Of a stretch of 64,000 nt of DNA, positions 54,260-64,000 are shown piece by piece. The stretch covers positions 162,020 through 226,019 of the forward strand of contig JAYFMW010000026.1 of assembly GCA_042408215.1 (NCBI GenBank), read 5' to 3'. A model generated the notes under the pieces. The model worked only from the letters and a program-made list of their open reading frames with translations. It was not told the origin of the DNA and did no database searches. Source of the stretch: Microcoleus sp. (GTDB lineage Bacteria; Cyanobacteriota; Cyanobacteriia; Cyanobacteriales; Microcoleaceae). Positions within the stretch are counted from its first letter, which is position 1. Each line of letters opens with the position of its first letter. Position numbers and translations under genes: made by a program.

Positions 54260-54445
54260 AGTCTCAACCACCAAGCAGAAATCAGGACACGGCATTGCCG
54301 TGTCCCTACAATTAATTTGGCGATAGTTACATCATTCGATTGGGATCGTGATTATTTTGGGGTAGGGAAACGGCATTTCCGTGTCCTCCTCATGATTATT
54401 TTGGGGTAGGGAAACGGCATTGCCGTGTCCAGAGTTGCTTAAATT

Positions 54446-55363
54446 TTAACCTAAAATTCGATTAATCATCTGATTCGCCTGGGAATCGTAACTTCCACCA
54501 AACAAATTAAAATGATTCAAAATGTGATATAGATTATAAAGAATTTTGCGCTTTTCATACCCTGAGTCCAACGGCCAAACCTGATTATATCCCCGATAAA
54601 ACTGCGCCGAAAACCCGCCAAATAACTCCGTCATCGCGATATCAACTTCTCTATCTCCAAAATATGCCGCCGGGTCAAAAATCACCGGTTCCCCCGCAGG
54701 CGTTACCCCCGCATTCCCCCCCCACAAATCCCCGTGAACTAGGGAAGGTTGAGGTTCGTAACCTGCTAACAACTCAGGAATTACCTTTAATAAACGTTCC
54801 CCTTGGGGAAAATGACCACCCCGACGCTTAGCCAATTTTAACTGATAACCAATCCGATGTTCTGCCCAAAATTCAGCCCAATTTGCCGTCCAATTATTAA
54901 TTTGCACAGTTGAGCCGATCGTATTGTTCCTATCCCAACCAAAACATCCCCTCAGCAAGGTAGACTTAGGCTCTTCTACCCCCCTTAGCAAGGGTGGGCT
55001 GGGGGGAGTGTATTTGTGCATTGCAGCGAGTTTACGCCCCATTTCTTCCCAAGGTTTATCACCCGCACGCCCTCCCAAATCCATCCATTCCAGCACAATA
55101 TAAGCTGAATTACCCTCGGTTCCCCAGCAAATCGGCTCAGGTACTCGAATCGTCTGGGTTTCCCCCATTTGCTGCAAACCCAGGGCTTCAGCTTCAAACA
55201 TCGCGATTTGGGAAGCTTGATTGATTTTCGCGAAGTAAGTGCGGGAACTGCTGCTGATATAATATCCTTGATTGATGCAGCCACCGCTGACAGAACGGCG
55301 ATTGTCGATCGCAAATTTGTCTCCCGTCACTTCGGAGATATGCGCGCTAATTTTATCCCACAT
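54446..55363 (-). CDS. Fructosamine kinase family protein
   Basis: SGGCIN, F.AEA.GL, LVHGDLWGGN, DPA.Y.GDRE.DIAM. Confidence 0.93.
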   Translation of the reverse strand: MWDKISAHISEVTGDKFAIDNRRSVSGGCINQGYYISSSSRTYFAKINQASQIAMFEAEALGLQQMGETQTIRVPEPICWGTEGNSAYIVLEWMDLGGRAGDKPWEEMGRKLAAMHKYTPPSPPLLRGVEEPKSTLLRGCFGWDRNNTIGSTVQINNWTANWAEFWAEHRIGYQLKLAKRRGGHFPQGERLLKVIPELLAGYEPQPSLVHGDLWGGNAGVTPAGEPVIFDPAAYFGDREVDIAMTELFGGFSAQFYRGYNQVWPLDSGYEKRKILYNLYHILNHFNLFGGSYDSQANQMINRILG

Positions 55364-55723
55364 TGGATCAAATCGTGTTGAGGGCGATCGGAATTAGTTT
55401 AACAGGTATAGCAACTTATATCAGAACTCAAACTGACATTAACAGTCCTGGACGCATTGCAACGTAATTCTGTCATTCTGATCCAACGCATAGCTCAGAC
55501 TGCGAAGAATCTCAAACCATTGCAACACCGCCCTTGAGTGCGTAAGTCCTGATTAAATTAAACTTTGAATTCTGGACTAAGCCGAGTCTGTGTAATTTTC
55601 CCAAACAACAAAGCCCCTATCTGAGATTCATAATGATTAAAAAAAGTTGATATTTCCGCTCTTAAACCCCCCCTTCAAGCTAATAAGGAATTACCAGCAA
55701 AAATACTGATCAGAGACTCTCTC

Positions 55724-57122
55724 ATGACTGGACAAAAATTCCGCCCCGACGATCAGAAAAATCAACTGTCGCCTCAACTGAAATTATCCTTCTGGCGTCT
55801 TCCTTCATTCATTGCCTTTGGCTTATTATTAATATCCCTGCTCTTTTTTGGCTGCAACAATAATCAAACCCCACTCAGTTCAAAACCGCTAGTCAAGCCA
55901 ACACAGCAGGTAGCCAGTAAAGATATGGCTACCCTAGTCGAAGGGCAACACCAAATTTGCCCTGAACCTTTACAGCCAACTACGCACTCAACCTGACAAT
56001 CTATTTTTCTCACCCTACAGCATTTCAACAGCGATCGCCATGACAGCGGCGGGTGCTAAAGGGAAAACAGCCACTCAAATCGATCGGGTTTTCAGCTTTA
56101 ATCTCCCGCCGGCTTCCCGACCTCCCGCGTTTGCCCAATTGACTTATCAGTTAACTGACGCTCAAGGCTATCAGTTATCAATCGCCAATCGACTTTGGGC
56201 GCAAAAGGATTTTCCCTTGCTACCACCCTTTGTCAAAACAACTCAAGATTTCTATGGAGCTCCTATTGAATCATTGAATTTCGCCAATGCAGCCGAAGCC
56301 AGTGGCACAATTAATGCTTGGGTAGCGAAGCAAACCCAAAATCAAATCAAAGATTTACTTTCCCCTGATGATTTGGATTCTTGTACCAGGCTAGTCTTAA
56401 CCAATGCCATTTACTTTAAAGGAAATTGGGTGACTCAATTTGACTCAGAACAAACCAAAAACCAACCATTTACCCTAGCATCAGGTGAGCAAAAGCAAGT
56501 AGCCATGATGCTTCAATCCGATAACTTTGGCTATGCTGAGTTTGAGAATTTGCAAGTCCTAGAAATGCCCTATCAAGGTAATAAGCTCTCCCTGGTAATT
56601 CTTTTACCAGCCAATCCAGATGGTTTGCCGAAATTAGAAGGCGCTCTGACCGCAGACAATCTGCAAAAATGGCTGTCCTTATCTCAGCGTGAAGTACAAG
56701 CTTATGTCCCCAAATTCACCTTCGAGCAAAGCTTCAATTTAAAAGACGTACTCTCTAAAATGGGAATGGCAGATGCTTTCAGCGATCGACCCGGAGTCGC
56801 CGATTTTTCTGGGATCAGCAACAAAGAGAATTTGTTTGTATCCGATGTAATTCACAAAGCTTTTGTAGAAGTTGAGGAGAAAGGATCAAAAGCCGCCGCC
56901 GCAACAGCGGCGATCATGTGTACAGGGGAAAGACCATGTGCTTCTCCTTTACCGCCTTCTCCGCCCATATTTCTTGCGGATCGCCCCTTTTTATTTCTCA
57001 TCCGCGAACAACAATCTGGCACTATTTTATTTATGGGGAGGTTTGTCAATCCTGCTTTAAAAAACAGTCACCCTATCAAAACCATACCTCAACCTCAAAA
57101 TCAAAATCAAAATGGATGTTAA
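55724..57122 (+). pseudogene. Lipoprotein serpin with +1 frameshift
   Basis: Lipobox LFFGC; removing one G at 55943-55945 gives EGNTKFALNLY..NLFFSPYSI; NAIYFKG.W, hinge EKGSKAAAAT, ADRPFLF. Confidence 0.88.
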
Positions 57123-57270
57123 TAGCCACTTAAATGTGGACTAGAAAGCCAGTCAAGTTTCTGGTATTACTTGACCCCTGAAACCAGGTAACTTCGCCGA
57201 AACCTGGTTTCTTAAACTGTTTCTGAAACCCTGACATCTTGAATTTAAACAAACTAACTGCAAAAACAAC

Positions 57271-57303
57271 AAAGCCCCTATCTGAATCTCAGAAAGAGGC
57301 TTT
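57271..57303 (-). terminator. Hairpin downstream of 5S rRNA
   Basis: AAAGCC..TCTGA-ATC-TCAGA..GGCTTT stem. Confidence 0.6.
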
Positions 57304-57323
57304 ATTTGTGTTGTAATAAAATC

Positions 57324-57441
57324 CCAGGCATCGAGCTATTTTCTCAGGCAGTGACCCGCCAAATATCTTCGCCACCGCAGCGTTTAACAACCGAGTTCGG
57401 GATGGAATCGGAGTGGTGCCACTGCGTCATAGACACCTAGA
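57324..57441 (-). rRNA. rrf: 5S rRNA
   Basis: CCATCCCGAACTCGG...AAAC core on the minus strand; ends approximate. Confidence 0.95.
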
Positions 57442-57508
57442 AAAGTTGTAAGGGTAAAAAACCCTGAAGACTGCATAGGATTAAGTCATCAATTACCATC
57501 AAAAATAG

Positions 57509-60410
<2,902 letters not shown>

Positions 60411-60612
60411 ACTTGATTTTTAGATGGTCGCTTGTAAGATATTCCGATGACTCGGAAGACTTACCTGCTGATTGATGACTTAATTGCTATGCAGTTTTCA
60501 AGGTTCTGACTAGAGTCGAGACTCCAGCATTCCCACAAGCCCAAAGAGCCGATTAGGGTGCTGATTTCTATATTCTGAGTGGATGATGATTTTTGGCGCT
60601 GGCTAGTGAGAG

Positions 60613-60685
60613 TGGAGGTAAGCGGACTCGAACCGCTGACTTCCTGCGTGCAAGGCAGGCGCTCTACCAACTGAGCTATACCCCC
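60613..60685 (-). tRNA. tRNA-Ala(UGC)
   Basis: GGGGGTATAGCTCAG..CCTGC-CTTGCAC-GCAGG..GGTTCGAGTCC. Confidence 0.97.
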
Positions 60686-60779
60686 ACTAAGCAAGCTTTG
60701 ATTTTTTCAGTCCTGAGTTCTGAATCGAGCGTCGCTCTTTCATGACTCATGACTTAAATTTCATTACTTTTTTTCCAGG

Positions 60780-60853
<74 letters not shown>

Positions 60854-60967
60854 ATGTTCTGAACCAGTTAATAGTTTGAAAGCTTTGACTCTATTATCTC
60901 GAACGACCAGGGATGACTGACATTGACCTATAATTTAGGTTCGGTCTGCTGTCAGATGGTCTCCCTA

Positions 60968-62455
<1,488 letters not shown>

Positions 62456-62695
62456 GTTGGATGGTTTTTTTCGGCTCGTCAAGCTATTTTCCGGCGACTT
62501 TGACATTTCTGTCTCAGTCCCTTAATTTCACCTTGACATTTTTCTCGTTGTTTGCGATATTGAGTTTAGCTCTCGCTTTCACTCTCTATCTGTTAATTTT
62601 TTGACGAGGTTAATAGTGCTTTAAGCTTTCAAACTATTCTTTTTTCTAGGTTCAGCGCGCGTTTCGGTGAATCGCTTCTCTTCCGGCGCTTTATT

Positions 62696-62724
62696 AATAT
62701 ACTTACTTCGCCTGGTGTTGTCAA
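62696..62724 (-). promoter_or_regulatory. rRNA operon promoter
   Basis: TTGACA-N17-TATATT on the minus strand. Confidence 0.75.
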
Positions 62725-63269
62725 GCGTTTTGTGAAACTATTTTTGACTTTTTTTATGACCTATACACTGTCAGGGTTTCGGCTTTTAGACCAGGCTCCG
62801 ACATCCCCTGCCTGATGCCTCTTTTCCGGAAGGGGTCTTTTTTTCGGCACTCCGGGGGCTTTTTGGGCTCTGAAGCTCCCGCCTATGGGTAGAATGTCTC
62901 AGTGGTTCCAGATGATGGGGCTTACTTAGAGTGGAGGTAAGGCTAAGTTAGAGTGTGAGGTTGTATGGCTGGGTTCAGGATGACAGAAGCTGATTGGTGC
63001 ATGAGTCATATATATATAAGTGGTGTCTGCATTCCCTGGACTTGACTGAGGGAGGTTTGGGTATGGCATTGGCCCGATCGCCCTTAACAATTCCTCTGAT
63101 TCAAAATCCAGCAGTCGGCATGACACGGTGCTGCAACTCGTCGTACTAGATACGCCCGCAACCACCCTCTTTACTCATAGCAACCCCGAAACACCTTCAG
63201 TTACGCCACCTATCGGCCGTTGAGACTCGCTCACGGGTTTGTCTTGAGTAAAATAACTGTCAAATTAGC

Positions 63270-63307
63270 TGAAGCTCCGAAAGTGCGATCGCACTTTCGG
63301 AGCTTCA
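63270..63307. repeat. Perfect 38-bp palindrome centred on HIP1
   Basis: TGAAGCTCCGAAAGTGCGA|TCGCACTTTCGGAGCTTCA. Confidence 0.95.
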
Positions 63308-63538
63308 AATCTTTCTAATCACTTGATCAAAGCTCAAACATTTACTCAGAGCGCCGGAGAGTTAATCAAAGCCGAACAAATAGATAGAGCCTCTCAAATT
63401 TTCAAGGGAGCCATTGATCTACTCAACCAGATTTAAGGAGCTTACTTATTTTCACCCAAACACCAACTCAAACAATCAGCAAAAACAACAAAGCCTCTCT
63501 CTGACTTGCAGAGAAAGGCTTTGTGTTGTAATAAAATC

Positions 63539-63656
63539 CCAGGCATCGAGCTATTTTCTCAGGCAGTGACCCGCCAAATATCTTCGCCACCGCAGCGTTT
63601 AACAACCGAGTTCGGGATGGAATCGGAGTGGTGCCACTGCGTCATAGACACCTAGA
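63539..63656 (-). rRNA. rrf: 5S rRNA (second operon)
   Basis: Same sequence as 57324-57441, offset 6215. Confidence 0.95.
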
Positions 63657-63723
63657 AAAGTTGTAAGGGTAAAAAACCCTGAAGACTGCATAGGATTAAG
63701 TCATCAATTACCATCAAAAATAG

Positions 63724-64000
<277 letters not shown>

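Noticed and set aside
62926..63165. 79-aa minus-strand ORF between the rRNA operons
   Set aside because: No motif or clear RBS; cannot be supported as a gene.

Overview
Chromosomal window of a filamentous cyanobacterium. Abundant HIP1 (GCGATCGC), heptamer tandem repeats and ndhN support this; an Oscillatoriales/Microcoleus-like identity is my inference. All protein family calls come from motif recognition, not database searches. 1-12 kb: rbfA, a GH3 hydrolase, an ABC ATPase, HD and Uma2 proteins, a thyX(HNH intein)-dut-dCMP deaminase cluster, vWA and ndhN. 12.7-32.5 kb: the ribosomal superoperon rplC to prfA, with many spacers filled by inverted heptamer repeats. A 260-bp TnpB/IS607-like remnant splits rplM and strands its native C-terminal 11 codons in front of rpsI. 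32-52 kb is the most unusual part. A unit running from the GGQ codons of prfA to the middle of xisI occurs three times in tandem, and each copy carries different cargo: a HEPN-motif/CoiA-like/helicase remnant set, a tubulin-like plus PstS-domain pair, and an SBP plus MORN pair. Cargo breakpoints repeatedly fall on HIP1 cores and no integrase is visible. A cluster of decaying xisHI/hicB/brnTA/vapBC modules and an orphan toxin-immunity pair follows. 52-64 kb: ABC-F, fructosamine kinase, a frameshifted serpin, one complete minus-strand rRNA operon and the 3' end of a second operon in tandem.
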